Source of the DNA: an uncultured delta proteobacterium
GTDB lineage: Bacteria; Myxococcota_A; Polyangia; Fen-1088
Assembly: GCA_963737265.1 (NCBI GenBank)
Contig: CAVTRY010000011.1
Span: 480,001-544,000 of the forward strand
DNA length: 64,000 bases
Direction of reading: 5' to 3'
Below the pieces are notes generated by a model. It was not told the origin of the DNA, ran no database searches, and saw only the letters and a list, made by a program, of their open reading frames with translations. This document shows positions 29,489-40,427 of this stretch, piece after piece. The position numbers were made by a program, and so were the translations under genes. The number at the start of each line of letters is the position of its first letter. The stretch's first letter is position 1.

Positions 29489-30067
29489 ATGGGACAAAAG
29501 CAGTTCACCAAAACCCCATTGCCGATGCCAGGGGCGGCGGCTGACGCCGAGCTTGTGCGGTTGTGCAGGGAAGGAGATACGGCGGCCTGGCGCAGCCTCT
29601 ATGATCGCCACGCGCCGTCGGTTTATCGTTTCACCGCCGCGCTTGGCGTGCCGGCCGAGGAGCGCGAGGATGCGGCGCAAGACATCTTCATCGCCGTCTT
29701 CCGTAGTCTGCGCCATTTTCGCGGGGAGGCGCAGCTATCCACCTGGATCTACCGAATCGCCGCGCGCCACGCGATTCGACTTGGGCGACGGCGACGAGCG
29801 CGCGAGATGATGCGCGCGGTCATGCTGAAAGAGTCGCCCCATCCCACCATCGACCCCGCCGAACGGTCGACACAAATCGCGACCCTCGACCGAATGCTGG
29901 CCAAACTTCCCCTGAAAAAGCGAACCGTCCTCGTTCTGTTCGAGATCGAAGGGCTGTCGGCCAAAGAGATTTCCGACGTCGTTGGGTGCCCCGAGAACAC
30001 CGTCTGGTCGCGCCTTCACCATGCGCGGGCCGAGATGGTTGCGGTGGCAAGGAGAATGGTGTCATGA
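29489..30067 (+). CDS. ECF sigma-70 factor
   Basis: EDAAQDIF, QLSTWIYRI, EGLSAKEISDVVG...TVWSRLHHAR. Confidence 0.93.
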   Translation: MGQKQFTKTPLPMPGAAADAELVRLCREGDTAAWRSLYDRHAPSVYRFTAALGVPAEEREDAAQDIFIAVFRSLRHFRGEAQLSTWIYRIAARHAIRLGRRRRAREMMRAVMLKESPHPTIDPAERSTQIATLDRMLAKLPLKKRTVLVLFEIEGLSAKEISDVVGCPENTVWSRLHHARAEMVAVARRMVS

Positions 30068-31257
30068 AGTGGCTTGAACCGCCTCGCAGCGAAGCCGAGC
30101 GCCTAGTTCGCGAGGGATTGGACCAGGCGGCGCAGCGAACCGGCGATGAAATTACCCATCGCAGGGTGTGGGCCCAGATCGGCGACACGACCGAGGCGCC
30201 ACCTTTGCGATCTTACCGCGGCCTCGTCGTCTCGGGCGCTGCGCTCGTGCTGCTCGGCATGGCCGGCGTACTCGCGTATTCCCATCTGCATGGCAAGGTT
30301 CCGGTGGCGGTCGTTGCCGGCAATCCGACGCCCCCGACGGCTCCGGACAATCCACCGATGGTGGTTGGATCGGATTCCACGTCCTCGCAGGAGGCCGCCA
30401 TTGCCGAAGCCGAACACGTGCCTGGACACTATGTGCGAACCGGTCCGGGTGAGCGAGCACGCGTAGCGCTCGGCGGCGGGGCGGAAGCGGCTCTGGACGA
30501 GAGTTCCGCGCTCACTTGGGACAGCCAGCATCGCCCTTCAATTGAACGAGGGAGCGCGCGGATGTCGGTTCCCCATCAGCCACCCGGCTGGAGATTCTCG
30601 GTCACTGCCGGGCCCTATGTCGTCACCGTGGTAGGCACGAAATTCGACGTTCGCGTGGCAAGCCGCATGGTGGGAGTCGACGTGTCCGAGGGCATCGTCG
30701 AGGTCTGGCACGGAACGCACTCGACCAGGCTGGTTGCTGGTGACTCCTGGCATGGGCCGCTCTATCCCGAGGAGTCGTTGCCAGTGCAGCCGTCGCTTGC
30801 GCCCACGCCGACGGCTGACAACTCTCCGGCCGTGACTCCGGCGCGCGGCAAGCCGTCGTTGCAAACAAGCCAGAGTCTGCTGGATGCCCAGGCCGCTCTC
30901 CAAGCCGGGAACTCTTCCAAGGCTGTCGAGATCCTCACTCGCACTGCCCAGGGCAACGGCCCGGCCGCGGAGAACGCGGCTTATGAGCTGGGACGAATCG
31001 CGCGCTACCATCTCGATCATCCGCGCCAAGCGGTTGCCCTGTGGGACAAATATCGAATCCGATTTCCGTCCGGCCTGCTGCGCACGGAGGCCGACCTGTC
31101 CATCGTCGAGACATTGAGTCACATGGGCGACGTGCGCGCCGCCCTAGCCGAAGCCGACGCCTTTGTGACGCGCCACCCGGACAGCGAACGGCGTCTCGAC
31201 GTGCAGCGACTGGCCGAACGTCTGCGCGCCGCCGAAGCCGCCGCCGATTCCAGGTGA
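30064..31257 (+). CDS. FecR-domain anti-sigma factor with TPR-like tail
   Basis: TM helix; VTVVGTKFDV...VDVSEGIVEV; YRIRFPSGLLRTEA. Confidence 0.8.
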   Translation: MKWLEPPRSEAERLVREGLDQAAQRTGDEITHRRVWAQIGDTTEAPPLRSYRGLVVSGAALVLLGMAGVLAYSHLHGKVPVAVVAGNPTPPTAPDNPPMVVGSDSTSSQEAAIAEAEHVPGHYVRTGPGERARVALGGGAEAALDESSALTWDSQHRPSIERGSARMSVPHQPPGWRFSVTAGPYVVTVVGTKFDVRVASRMVGVDVSEGIVEVWHGTHSTRLVAGDSWHGPLYPEESLPVQPSLAPTPTADNSPAVTPARGKPSLQTSQSLLDAQAALQAGNSSKAVEILTRTAQGNGPAAENAAYELGRIARYHLDHPRQAVALWDKYRIRFPSGLLRTEADLSIVETLSHMGDVRAALAEADAFVTRHPDSERRLDVQRLAERLRAAEAAADSR

Positions 31258-31262
31258 GTGCC

Positions 31263-32348
31263 ATGTTTCGGCGCGCCGCTTCCCTCGGCTTGGCGTTCGC
31301 GCTTGGAGGCTGCACCGAGACGGTCTTGATTCGCGACGTATGGGACAGCGGCTCCAAGGAGGCCACTATCGATGCCACTATCGTCTCGGCGGGAATCGAT
31401 TCCGGCTCCTGTCCCATATCGACCTATCAGGGCAGTTTACCGATCCAACATACCCAGCTCTGGATCTTGCTTGATCGATCGTCCTCGATGCAGTCCTCGT
31501 TCGACACGACGACTCGGCAGGCGGCTGTGCAAACGGCCTTGAACACCACCATTCCGCAGTATGAAGGTTCAGTCGACTTCGGGTTTGAGCAGTTTCCAGC
31601 AGGCCCCAATGACGGGAGCAACTGCCCGAGCAACAGATGCTGCGCGGGATCGCCGACCCCACCCACTCCCAGCAACTGGTTCGACGTAAAAACACTCATC
31701 GAGTGCGATGGGCCGCAGAGCCCCGCGTGCGACTCTCCGAGCCAAGATTCCCCGTCGTACGCCGCGCTTGCCCAGCTGGATGACTACTTCAACAAGTCCG
31801 GTAAAATAAAGGCGACGACTGGATACATCTTGCTTGTGACGTCGTCGGATCCCTCGTGCGCCGCCGATAGCAGCAATCTATGCAGCCAGGCCCTCAATGC
31901 CGTGGAAGATCTCGCCAATTCGTTCAGCATGCGGACCTTGGTGCTCAACGTGGGCTCGCCGGCAACCAGTTCCGGTTCCTGTCTGGCTCAAATCAGCAGG
32001 AAGGGCTCGGGATTAAGCGCGCATTCGGGTCCCAGCGGCCAATCGCTTTACACCGCGAATAGCCAAGCCGATCTCAAAAAAGCGATTGACGAGATCGTTT
32101 CCCCAATAGCTCAAGGGGCGTGCACCGTCGATCTCACCCATATCACCATTACCAATCAGGTGGCGGTTTCGTTCGACAACGGCAACAACGGCAACAGTCC
32201 GGTTCAGCCGCACGATCCCGGCAACCCGGCCGCGAATGGATGGACCATGTCAGCTGACGAGACAAGCATTACGTTCGCTGGATCCGCCTGCGCACAGATT
32301 GAGAGTGGCGCAGCGAAATCAATTCGGATCAAAACGTGCAGCCAATAG
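31263..32348 (+). CDS. vWA-domain lipoprotein
   Basis: Lipobox LGGC; MIDAS-like ILLDRSSSM; C-terminal ITFAGSACAQI. Confidence 0.75.
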   Translation: MFRRAASLGLAFALGGCTETVLIRDVWDSGSKEATIDATIVSAGIDSGSCPISTYQGSLPIQHTQLWILLDRSSSMQSSFDTTTRQAAVQTALNTTIPQYEGSVDFGFEQFPAGPNDGSNCPSNRCCAGSPTPPTPSNWFDVKTLIECDGPQSPACDSPSQDSPSYAALAQLDDYFNKSGKIKATTGYILLVTSSDPSCAADSSNLCSQALNAVEDLANSFSMRTLVLNVGSPATSSGSCLAQISRKGSGLSAHSGPSGQSLYTANSQADLKKAIDEIVSPIAQGACTVDLTHITITNQVAVSFDNGNNGNSPVQPHDPGNPAANGWTMSADETSITFAGSACAQIESGAAKSIRIKTCSQ

Positions 32349-32363
32349 CAGGCCTGTCCGACG

Positions 32364-33416
32364 CTACCATTCATCGATAACGCCGATTGCGGGAATCGAC
32401 GACGTCAGCGGAATGGTGTCGATGCCCCTCGCGCCCATCGCGGCGAGGTCGTAGCGGATCTTGGCCAGTGGTAGCTTGGAGCTGGCGGTGTCCACTTCGA
32501 TGCTGTACTCGGTGTACGACTGACCGCTGATCCGGCTGGGCTCGTCGGCAAACAGGTTGTTTTGCACGAGGTACGCTTCCACGTCGGCCGCGTTCTTGAC
32601 CGGGACATTGAATAGCAGGAGGACTTTGTTCTCGGCGTTGATGGCGCCGTACAGATTGATGAGGAACATGCGCAAAAGCTCGTACTTCTGTTGGTGCTCG
32701 CGGATCGCCGGGTTCACCCAGATCGAGGTTCCCGATTCCATGACTTCGTCGATGATGCGCAGGCCGTAGTTCTTGATGGCACTGCCGCTCTGGGTGATTT
32801 CAAGGCCGAGGTCCGCGCCGCCGTTCTTCACCTTGGCTTCGGTCTTTCCCCAGGTTTCAAAAATGAGAACCCCGGCGTCGATCTTCGGCGGCGTCGAATA
32901 TTTCTGCACCGAGAATTTCGTGAAGGACTTGTCGAGGCCAGCGTCTTTCAGCCGCTTGCCGATCCATTCCAGCGCCAGATAGGGCATCTCGGCCACCGCC
33001 GTGATCAAAGACTTTTGACTGCCCAGCTCCTTGAAGAATTCGACCGCGTCCCGATAGTCCTTCTCCGGCCGAATGATGCCGACGAGGCGCACGCTGCCGC
33101 GCTTAAGCGACATGATCCTTCGCAGCCCGAGGTCCTGGCCGTACTCGTACTTCAGCTCGAGGACGCGTTCGCGAATCCAATCGTCGCCGGCGATGGCCAC
33201 GTCCAGCTCGCCGATGCCGAGCTGCGTGGCGAACTCCTGCGGCCGGCCGTCCCAGCCGTAGAGGAAGTTGACCGTAGCGAATTTGCTCGGCCCGCCGGAC
33301 TGGTAGCCCGTGGTGCGAAAGCCGGCCTGTTCCAGCAGCTGCACGAGGTTGCCACCCCGGTTGGGATCAGCGAGGGAGCCAGCGGGCATGCCGATGCGAA
33401 GTACGTCGTTGCTCAT
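32364..33416 (-). CDS. hisG: ATP phosphoribosyltransferase, atypical long form
   Basis: LRIGMPAGSL, RPQE...GELDVAIAGDDW, WGKTEAKV, EITQSGSAIKNYGL. Confidence 0.75.
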   Translation of the reverse strand: MSNDVLRIGMPAGSLADPNRGGNLVQLLEQAGFRTTGYQSGGPSKFATVNFLYGWDGRPQEFATQLGIGELDVAIAGDDWIRERVLELKYEYGQDLGLRRIMSLKRGSVRLVGIIRPEKDYRDAVEFFKELGSQKSLITAVAEMPYLALEWIGKRLKDAGLDKSFTKFSVQKYSTPPKIDAGVLIFETWGKTEAKVKNGGADLGLEITQSGSAIKNYGLRIIDEVMESGTSIWVNPAIREHQQKYELLRMFLINLYGAINAENKVLLLFNVPVKNAADVEAYLVQNNLFADEPSRISGQSYTEYSIEVDTASSKLPLAKIRYDLAAMGARGIDTIPLTSSIPAIGVIDEW

Positions 33417-33541
33417 GAATCCGGCCATCCTGCCTAGAAAATCCGCTTCTGTCACCATCTCGCGCGCAGCACTCGACGGATACTGCGTGGAGACTTTCAT
33501 CCGCGGCTGCTACATTGGCGATGCGCGTTCTCGGAGACGCC

Positions 33542-34129
33542 ATGAAAATCGCTCTTGCAGGTGCACTGTCGGTACTTCGGACCGCAGGCCGAGGCCGGGT
33601 TCTGGTTCTAGAACTCCTCGCGCTTGCCATGACGCTGGCCACGCCCACGGCGCTGTCCGGTGGTGGGCCCGGCGACGATCCGCTGCGCACGTTTTTTCCA
33701 ACTGCCGACGACATGGCGGGCCTCGCTCCAAGTGGAAGCTCCCATTTCAGTGGCGGCGACCTGACAGATATTTACGACGGCGGTGCCATGCGCTTCGTCA
33801 ACGCTGGCGTGATTGGCGCAAGTCGGCGCTACTACAAGCTCAACGGTGCCAGCGCCGAAATTGTCATTCATCGGATGACCAGCACGAAAGCGGCAGAGGA
33901 CTTCCTGGTCTTGCTGTGCAAGGACATCAAGACCAAGGTGGAAAGCGCGGTCAAGACCAAGGCATGCGTTGCTGCCAGCACGGGAACTTCGTACGGATAC
34001 CTCGCCGCCGGTCCATACCTGTCGTTCGCGTCGTTCGACAACGAAGACGCCAGGAAGGTGCGCTCCCTGCTTGAAATATGCAGCCGGCGTATGAATGCCC
34101 ACGGCAATCCCCGCAAGAAGCCAAAGTAG
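33542..34129 (+). CDS. Hypothetical secreted protein (DUF6599-like)
   Basis: Hydrophobic leader; LTDIYDGGA...EIVIHRM; start uncertain. Confidence 0.45.
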   Translation: MKIALAGALSVLRTAGRGRVLVLELLALAMTLATPTALSGGGPGDDPLRTFFPTADDMAGLAPSGSSHFSGGDLTDIYDGGAMRFVNAGVIGASRRYYKLNGASAEIVIHRMTSTKAAEDFLVLLCKDIKTKVESAVKTKACVAASTGTSYGYLAAGPYLSFASFDNEDARKVRSLLEICSRRMNAHGNPRKKPK

Positions 34130-34202
34130 GAATGGCGCAAATGCCGTTTCCTCGCGCGCAAGCCCGATGCATGCATTTGCGGTTTGTGTATGATGCCAGC
34201 CG

Positions 34203-35534
34203 ATGCGCGGTACGACCAGGGACCAGCCCCCATCTTTCCACCCGGTGAGTGCATCCGACTTTTTGCCCACGCCGCAGCTGCGCGGTCTGCAACTCGATCG
34301 CCTGCGCGCTATCGTGGCCCACACCCACGCTCACGTCGAGATGTTCCGCCAGCGCATGCAGCAGCGGAACATCACACCCGCGGAGCTGACTTCGCTGGCC
34401 GACATCGCGCGCCTCCCGTTCACGGCAAAGACGGATCTGCGCGACACCTATCCGTTCGGCCTGTTCGCCGATCCGCTGCGCTCCATCGTGCGTCTGCACG
34501 CTTCGAGCGGCACAACCGGCAAACCCATCGTTGTCGCGTACACCAAGCAAGACGTCGAGGTCTGGACGGAAGTCATGGTGCGCAGCTTCGCCGCTTGCGG
34601 CTTGCACGCGGGCGACATCGTGCAAAACGCGTACGGTTACGGCCTTTTCACCGGCGGGCTCGGCGCGCACTACGGCGCCGAAGGAATCGGTGCCACGGTC
34701 ATTCCGATTTCCGGTGGCAACACCGACCGCCAGATTATGGTGCTCAAGGATTTTGGCGTCACCGCCATCTGCTGCACGCCCACTTACTTTCTTCACATCG
34801 TAGATCGGGCGGCACAACTCGGGGTCGACCTCAAAGCGCTTCCCCTGCGCGTCGGCGTGTTCGGTGCCGAGCCGTGGACCGAATCGATGCGCAAGCACAT
34901 ACAGACCGCCTCCAACATCGACCCGTTCGACATCTACGGCCTGTCGGAGATCATCGGCCCTGGCGTCGCGGTCGAGTGCCCGTGCCACGATGGTCTGCAC
35001 ATCTTCGAGGATCACTTTTACCCAGAAATCATCGATCCGCAAACCGGCGCGGTCCTTCCCGATGGGCAGGAGGGGGAATTGGTCCTGACCACGCTGTCCA
35101 AGTGGGCCATGCCCATGATTCGCTACCGCACGCGCGACATCAGCGCGCTGCTGCCGGGCCCGTGTGCGTGCGGTCGAACGCTGCGGCGCATGCGACGCAT
35201 CGGCCGGCGCAGCGACGATATGCTCATCGTCCGCGGCGTGAACATTTATCCTTCGCAAATCGAAGCCGCGATGCTGGAAATCGAGGGCACCCTGCCCCAC
35301 TACCAGATCATCCTCACGCGCGAGCATGGCTTGGACCAGATCGAGGTCCAGGTCGAGGTCACGCCCCAGATATTCAGCGACAAGGTAGGCGCCCTCGAAG
35401 CCCTGGCCGCGCGCCTCGGCGACACGCTCGAACGCGTGCTCGGCATCCGCATCCGGGTAACGCTGGTCGAGCCGCAAACCATCCAGCGCAGCGAAGGCAA
35501 GGCCAAGCGCGTGATCGATAGGCGAGCATCATGA
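34203..35534 (+). CDS. paaK: Phenylacetate-CoA ligase
   Basis: HASSGTTGKP, YGYGLFTGGLG, DIYGLSE, RYRTRD, GRRSDDMLIVRGVNIYP. Confidence 0.93.
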   Translation: MRGTTRDQPPSFHPVSASDFLPTPQLRGLQLDRLRAIVAHTHAHVEMFRQRMQQRNITPAELTSLADIARLPFTAKTDLRDTYPFGLFADPLRSIVRLHASSGTTGKPIVVAYTKQDVEVWTEVMVRSFAACGLHAGDIVQNAYGYGLFTGGLGAHYGAEGIGATVIPISGGNTDRQIMVLKDFGVTAICCTPTYFLHIVDRAAQLGVDLKALPLRVGVFGAEPWTESMRKHIQTASNIDPFDIYGLSEIIGPGVAVECPCHDGLHIFEDHFYPEIIDPQTGAVLPDGQEGELVLTTLSKWAMPMIRYRTRDISALLPGPCACGRTLRRMRRIGRRSDDMLIVRGVNIYPSQIEAAMLEIEGTLPHYQIILTREHGLDQIEVQVEVTPQIFSDKVGALEALAARLGDTLERVLGIRIRVTLVEPQTIQRSEGKAKRVIDRRAS

Positions 35535-35962
35535 AAATCATGCAACTTTCTCTCTTCGTCGAAAACAAACCAGGTCATCTTCTGGCACCCTGCCGGCTGC
35601 TCGCGGACAACCACATCGATCTGCGAGCGCTGTCGGTCGCCGACACCCAGCAGTTCGGCATTCTTCGTTTGATCGTTGCCGAGCCGAAGCAAGCGTACGC
35701 CCTGCTCGACTGCCACGGTTTTGCGGTCAAGACCAACGAAGTCGTCGCGGTCGAAGTCGAGGATCGGCCGGGCGGTCTCGCGCGCGTGCTGGCGGCCATG
35801 GAGGGAACGCCGCTCAACATCGAGTACATGTACGCCTTCCCCTTCGGTCACGACGACCGCGCCGTCCTGATTTTCCGTTTTGACGATCCCGACGCCGCCG
35901 TCGCGCGCCTGCAAGCGGCTGGCCTCAGCGTGCTGTCGGCGAGCGAGCTCCTGGGGGGCTGA
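35531..35962 (+). CDS. Tandem ACT-domain protein
   Basis: QLSLFVENKPG, EDRPGGL, NIEYMYAF. Confidence 0.9.
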   Translation: MKIMQLSLFVENKPGHLLAPCRLLADNHIDLRALSVADTQQFGILRLIVAEPKQAYALLDCHGFAVKTNEVVAVEVEDRPGGLARVLAAMEGTPLNIEYMYAFPFGHDDRAVLIFRFDDPDAAVARLQAAGLSVLSASELLGG

Positions 35963-35973
35963 GACATACCGCC

Positions 35974-37143
35974 ATGTTGGTCGCCCAGAGCATCCGCGAA
36001 AAACTAGAACGCTCGTCGTGGATCCGGCGCATGTTCGAGGAAGGCGCACGGCTGCGCCAAGAACGCGGCGCCGACCATGTCTTCGATTTCACCCTGGGCA
36101 ACCCCGAGGTCGAGCCACCCGCGTCCGTCATCGCCGCCCTCCGCCGCGCCGTCGACGACGGCCTGCCCGGCTGCCACGGCTACATGCCCAACGCCGGCCT
36201 CACCGATGCGCGCTCGGCGGTGGCTGGCAAACTGACCCGCGAAACCGGCCTGCTGTTTTCGGCTGCCGACGTCGTGATGACGGTCGGCTCGGCCGGTGCC
36301 TGCAATGTCATTCTCAAGGCCATTCTCGATCCAGGCGACGAAGTCATCGTGCTCGTGCCCCATTTTTCGGAGTATGAATTCTACATTGGCAACCACGGCG
36401 GCAAGATCGTTCCGGTGGAAACCGGCGTGGATTTCTTGCCCGACATCGATTGCCTCCAAGCCGCCATCACCGGGCGCACGCGCGCCATCCTGCTCAACAC
36501 GCCCAACAACCCCACCGGCCGCGTCTATTCTGGCCAAGTCCTCGCGGCAATCGAATCCCTTCTCTTAGGCCTCGACCATCCCGTTTTGGTGATCTCGGAC
36601 GAGCCCTACCAGAGCCTGGTTTACGACGGAAACGAGCAGTCTCCCGTTGCGGCGGCGATGGCGAACGTCGTTGTTTGCAGCTCGTGGTCCAAGTCACAGG
36701 CCCTGGCGGGCGAACGCATCGGCTTTCTCGCCCTGTCGCCCCGCCTGCCCGACTTGCCCGCGCTCCGCAATGCCTGCACCTTTGCCAACCGCGTGCTGGG
36801 TTTCGTGAACGCCCCCGCCCTGTGGCAGCGCGTGATCGCCCAGGTGCCGGACGCCCACGTCGACATCGCCGGCTATCAACAGAAACGCGACCGCCTGTGC
36901 GACGGCATGGCGTCCATCGGCTACGACGTGCGCAAGCCCGAAGGCGCCTTCTACGTTTTTTGCAAAACCCCTATCGCCGACGACATCGACTTCGTGGGCA
37001 AACTGGCGCGCGAGGGCGTGCTGGCAGTCCCCGGAACGGGCTTCGGTCGTGGCGGCTACCTGCGCCTGAGCCTTACCGTGCCACCGGTCACGATTGAACG
37101 TGCCTTGCCGCTCCTCGAGCGCGTCTTCCGCGCCGTCCGCTGA
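35974..37143 (+). CDS. PLP-dependent aminotransferase class I/II
   Basis: SSWIRRMFEEG, NTPNNPTG, SDEPY, SWSKS...GERIG. Confidence 0.92.
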   Translation: MLVAQSIREKLERSSWIRRMFEEGARLRQERGADHVFDFTLGNPEVEPPASVIAALRRAVDDGLPGCHGYMPNAGLTDARSAVAGKLTRETGLLFSAADVVMTVGSAGACNVILKAILDPGDEVIVLVPHFSEYEFYIGNHGGKIVPVETGVDFLPDIDCLQAAITGRTRAILLNTPNNPTGRVYSGQVLAAIESLLLGLDHPVLVISDEPYQSLVYDGNEQSPVAAAMANVVVCSSWSKSQALAGERIGFLALSPRLPDLPALRNACTFANRVLGFVNAPALWQRVIAQVPDAHVDIAGYQQKRDRLCDGMASIGYDVRKPEGAFYVFCKTPIADDIDFVGKLAREGVLAVPGTGFGRGGYLRLSLTVPPVTIERALPLLERVFRAVR

Positions 37144-37164
37144 ACTTATCCGCTGAACTTGGAC

Positions 37165-37193
37165 TTGAGCTTGCGCTAGCGCGCAACTACGAT
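37165..37193 (+). promoter_or_regulatory. Sigma-70 promoter with a palindrome in the spacer
   Basis: TTGAGC-N17-TACGAT; TTGCGC-N4-GCGCAA at 37171-37186. Confidence 0.55.
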
Positions 37194-37202
37194 CGGACCA
37201 CC

Positions 37203-38230
37203 ATGGCGACCGCCTCTGACTCTCTATTGCGCGAGGGCCTTGCTGCCCTGGGAGAGATTCTGCCCGACGGCTACCGGCTGGCGAAATCCAGCGTGCGCAA
37301 CCGAGAAGTACCGGCGGACGCGTGGATCCTAGTCCGCAACCCTGCCAAGCAAAGCGTCACCTGTTTGGTGGTTGCGCGACGCCGGGTCGAGACCCGCGAT
37401 CTCGGAGCCATCGCTACCAGCGTCGCGCGCGCCCCCAACCCCGCCCTGCTGGTCTCCACCTATCTCGCGCCAGTTGTGAAGGAAAGGTTGCGCGGCTTCG
37501 GCATTGGCTTCTGGGATCTGGCGGGCGGCGCGGGGATCGTTCTTCAGGACATCGGATTGCGCATCGAACGGGATGGCGCCGCCGGTGTCTCTGGAAACAG
37601 CGAGCATGCCGTCCGCTCGCTTTGCGGAGAGATGTCGGGCCGCGTGGCCCGCGCCCTGGTCGACGTCCGCCCCCCTTACCCGCTCGGCGTGCTGGCCGAA
37701 CATGCGCACGTTCCCCGAGCTACGCCTCGCGCGTGGTGGCTTTTCTCGGCGACGCCGGGCTCTTGCAACGCCAGCCCCGCGGCAGGATTGAACAAGTCGC
37801 CTGGCAGGAGATTTTGCGACGCTGGTCGTTGGATACACCCGCGCAGGCGCGGGGCGAGTCGTCCACGTTCACCAACGCCCGGGGAATTCCCGATTTCCTC
37901 GCGCGGCTCGGCCCAAGCGGTTTTCTCCATGCGCTGACCGGCGAGAGCGCCTTTGCCGCCCTGGCGTCCGCACCGCCCCCCGGCGCGGCGGTGGCTTACG
38001 TCGACGACGTTCAAGCGGCCGTCGATCAGTTCGCCCTGCACCCGGCTGAAGAGGGCGCCAACATCGTCCTCGTGAAGCCCGTCGATCGGAGCGTTTTTCT
38101 GCGCTCGACCGAAGCCGGCGGCCTACGCTTCGTCTCGCCGAGCTTGATGATCGCCGATCTCGGCGACAGCCTGCGGTTCGAGTCGTCTCTCGCCTGGATG
38201 GAGGAGCACGAATCAGTCTGGCGCAGGTCG
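37203..38230 (+). CDS. AbiEi_2/DUF2186-like transcriptional regulator (frameshift near 37715; end uncertain)
   Basis: LLVSTYL...RLRGFGIGFWDLAG, central HTH, GANIVLVKP...VSPSLMIADL. Confidence 0.55.
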
Positions 38231-40427
38231 AGCACCGAGCTTCCAGTTGGCCAGCGCTGCCGACGCACACAGCGCCGCCGCCAGCAGCGCGACGGGAACG
38301 AGCCCCATGAGTGGAATCGCGAGCAGCGCGGTGAGCGCGGCGGCCCCGGCTGCTCCGGCCAGATCCCAGGCGTAGACTCGCGCCGCAGGGCTCCGGCCGG
38401 CCTGCGATGCCGGCACCGAATCAACAGCCAGCGGATAAACTGCTCCGGTTGCGGCGCCGACAACGCCAGTCAGGCCAACAATGAGAAAGCGCCCCACGCC
38501 AGGCGCGGCTTGTGCCACGTGCAGCGCCAAGGGAACGAGCGCGGCGACGCCAGCGACCACTACGCAGGCGCCAGCCAGCGCGCGCGAACGGCCGCAATAG
38601 CGCCGGCCCGCCAACGCCCCCGCGGCCATGCCCGCCATGAACACGGCCAGCATGCCACCCAGAGCGTGATAGAGGTGTCCTTGCAGCGCCTGAAAGGCGA
38701 GCAGGAGCACGAGTTGCAATCCCATGCCGGCCGCGCCCGCCGCCGCGGCCGCAAATCCGGGTGCTCCCCTGCCCCGCCGCAAAATCAGCACCGGCGCCGC
38801 CACGCCAAGAACCCCGACCACCACCAACCAAATGGCCCAAGGCGCGCGTACAAAAGTCAGAGCGGCTCGGCCAAGGGTCGGCGATAGCCGTCCGATATTT
38901 TCGATGAGTCCGAACAGATACACGACGGGACGAAAGTCGCGACTCACGATGGGCGCCGCTTCGGCCAGTGCGTGGCGGTATTCTTCCGCGTGCAAGGGCA
39001 ACAGGCGGTTACGCAGCCACGCCCTCCCGACCTGCGCCAAGTGCAATCGGCGTTCGCTTAGCCTGCCAGTTAGCAAGGTCGGGGAGGCGTCGAGGCTTTC
39101 CTCGGAGCCCCACAGAATCGTTTCGCCGCCCGGGGCGCTTCCCGTCGCCGGAAAGGTGGCTGCCAGTGTCGCGACCAACGCGGCGTGTCGCTGCCTGGCC
39201 GGACCATCGAGATACGCGTCCGAGCCTGGCGTGATCAGAACGAACACTCCGCCCGGTGCCAATGCGCGACGTGCGTCCTCAAAACACTCCCGGCTGGAAA
39301 AGCGGGCCATCAGCGCGTTTTGAGGGACGGGGAGATCGACGAGGATGACATCGTAGCGCTGGATACTGTTGTGCAAGAGACTTCGCCCATCTGCGACGAC
39401 GGCGTGGACGCGCGGATCGGCAAGCGCAATGCGCGTTCCTTCGTCGGCGAACGCACGGGCAAGCCGAAAAATATCCGGATCCATCTCCACGTAGTCGATC
39501 CAATCGGGCTGATGTTTGAGCACCTCGGAAAGGCCGCCGCCAAGTCCGCCGCCAATCAGCAAGACGCGGGTGGGATGCGGGTGCAGCAACATGGGAAGAT
39601 GAACGCTTTCCTCCGCAGCGATCGCATCCTCGGTAGTGAACAGCAGGACGCCGTCGTGAAAGAAAGCCCGCTGATCCCCTCGCGCCGCCACCGCGAGCAA
39701 ACCGTAGCGCGATGGCTGGGTGGCGACAATCTGCTCGCCGCGAAAGCGCGCCGACGTGAGGGCCGCCGTCAAGCGCGGCGCAAGCGGTACGCCAAGAGCG
39801 ACGACGACCAAGCTGCCAGCAACCGCAGTCCCCATTCGTCGAGGCAGGACGAGCCGCGCGCCCGCCCAAACGCAAACGACGGCGGGCAAAAGGAGAATCC
39901 ATGCGCTCGTCAGTCGTTCGGCAAAAAGGAAGTGGAAGAGCAGGCCCGCGACGACCGCGCCACCTGTCTCGGCAATGTAGATTGTTGCGGCGTGGGTGGC
40001 GCCCTTCTTCTCCAGAGCACCCGCCGCGAACGCGAACGCGAGCCCGCCTAGGCAACAGGCGGGCGTCAGAGCCGCGAGCGAGGCAAGTAAAACAGTCAGG
40101 ATCCCGGGATCCTGCCCCACCAGCAGGGACGCGGGCCGCGTGAGCTCGGTCAGCCACAACGAGCCGACCAGAAGCACGGGCGCCGCACACAACAACAGCC
40201 CAAACCACCGAGTCGTGCGGACCTGACCGGAAGCCAAGCGACCACCCGTGGCACTGGCTATCGCGGTCAGGCACAGCCACAGCGCCAGGACCAGGCCCAG
40301 CACCAGCTCATTGCCTTGCGAAGAAGCCAGGATTTCGCGCAGCAGAACCACCTCGGCCAAAAGCGAGGCCGCGCCCGCAGCCGCAACACCGCGATGGACG
40401 GCGCCGAGAACCGCCGTTCAGCTCCAT
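38213..40427 (-). CDS. Multi-TM spermidine-synthase-like SAM-dependent protein (5' frameshift)
   Basis: EVVLLRE, EESVHLPMLLHP, VLLIGGGLGG, VEMDP, DGR, YDVILVDLP. Confidence 0.85.

Noticed and set aside
33951-35477. 508-aa minus-strand ORF
   Set aside because: Antisense shadow of paaK
37322-38887. 521-aa ORF as one gene
   Set aside because: Only about 37715-38230 looks coding; the rest is antisense to the spermidine-synthase-like gene
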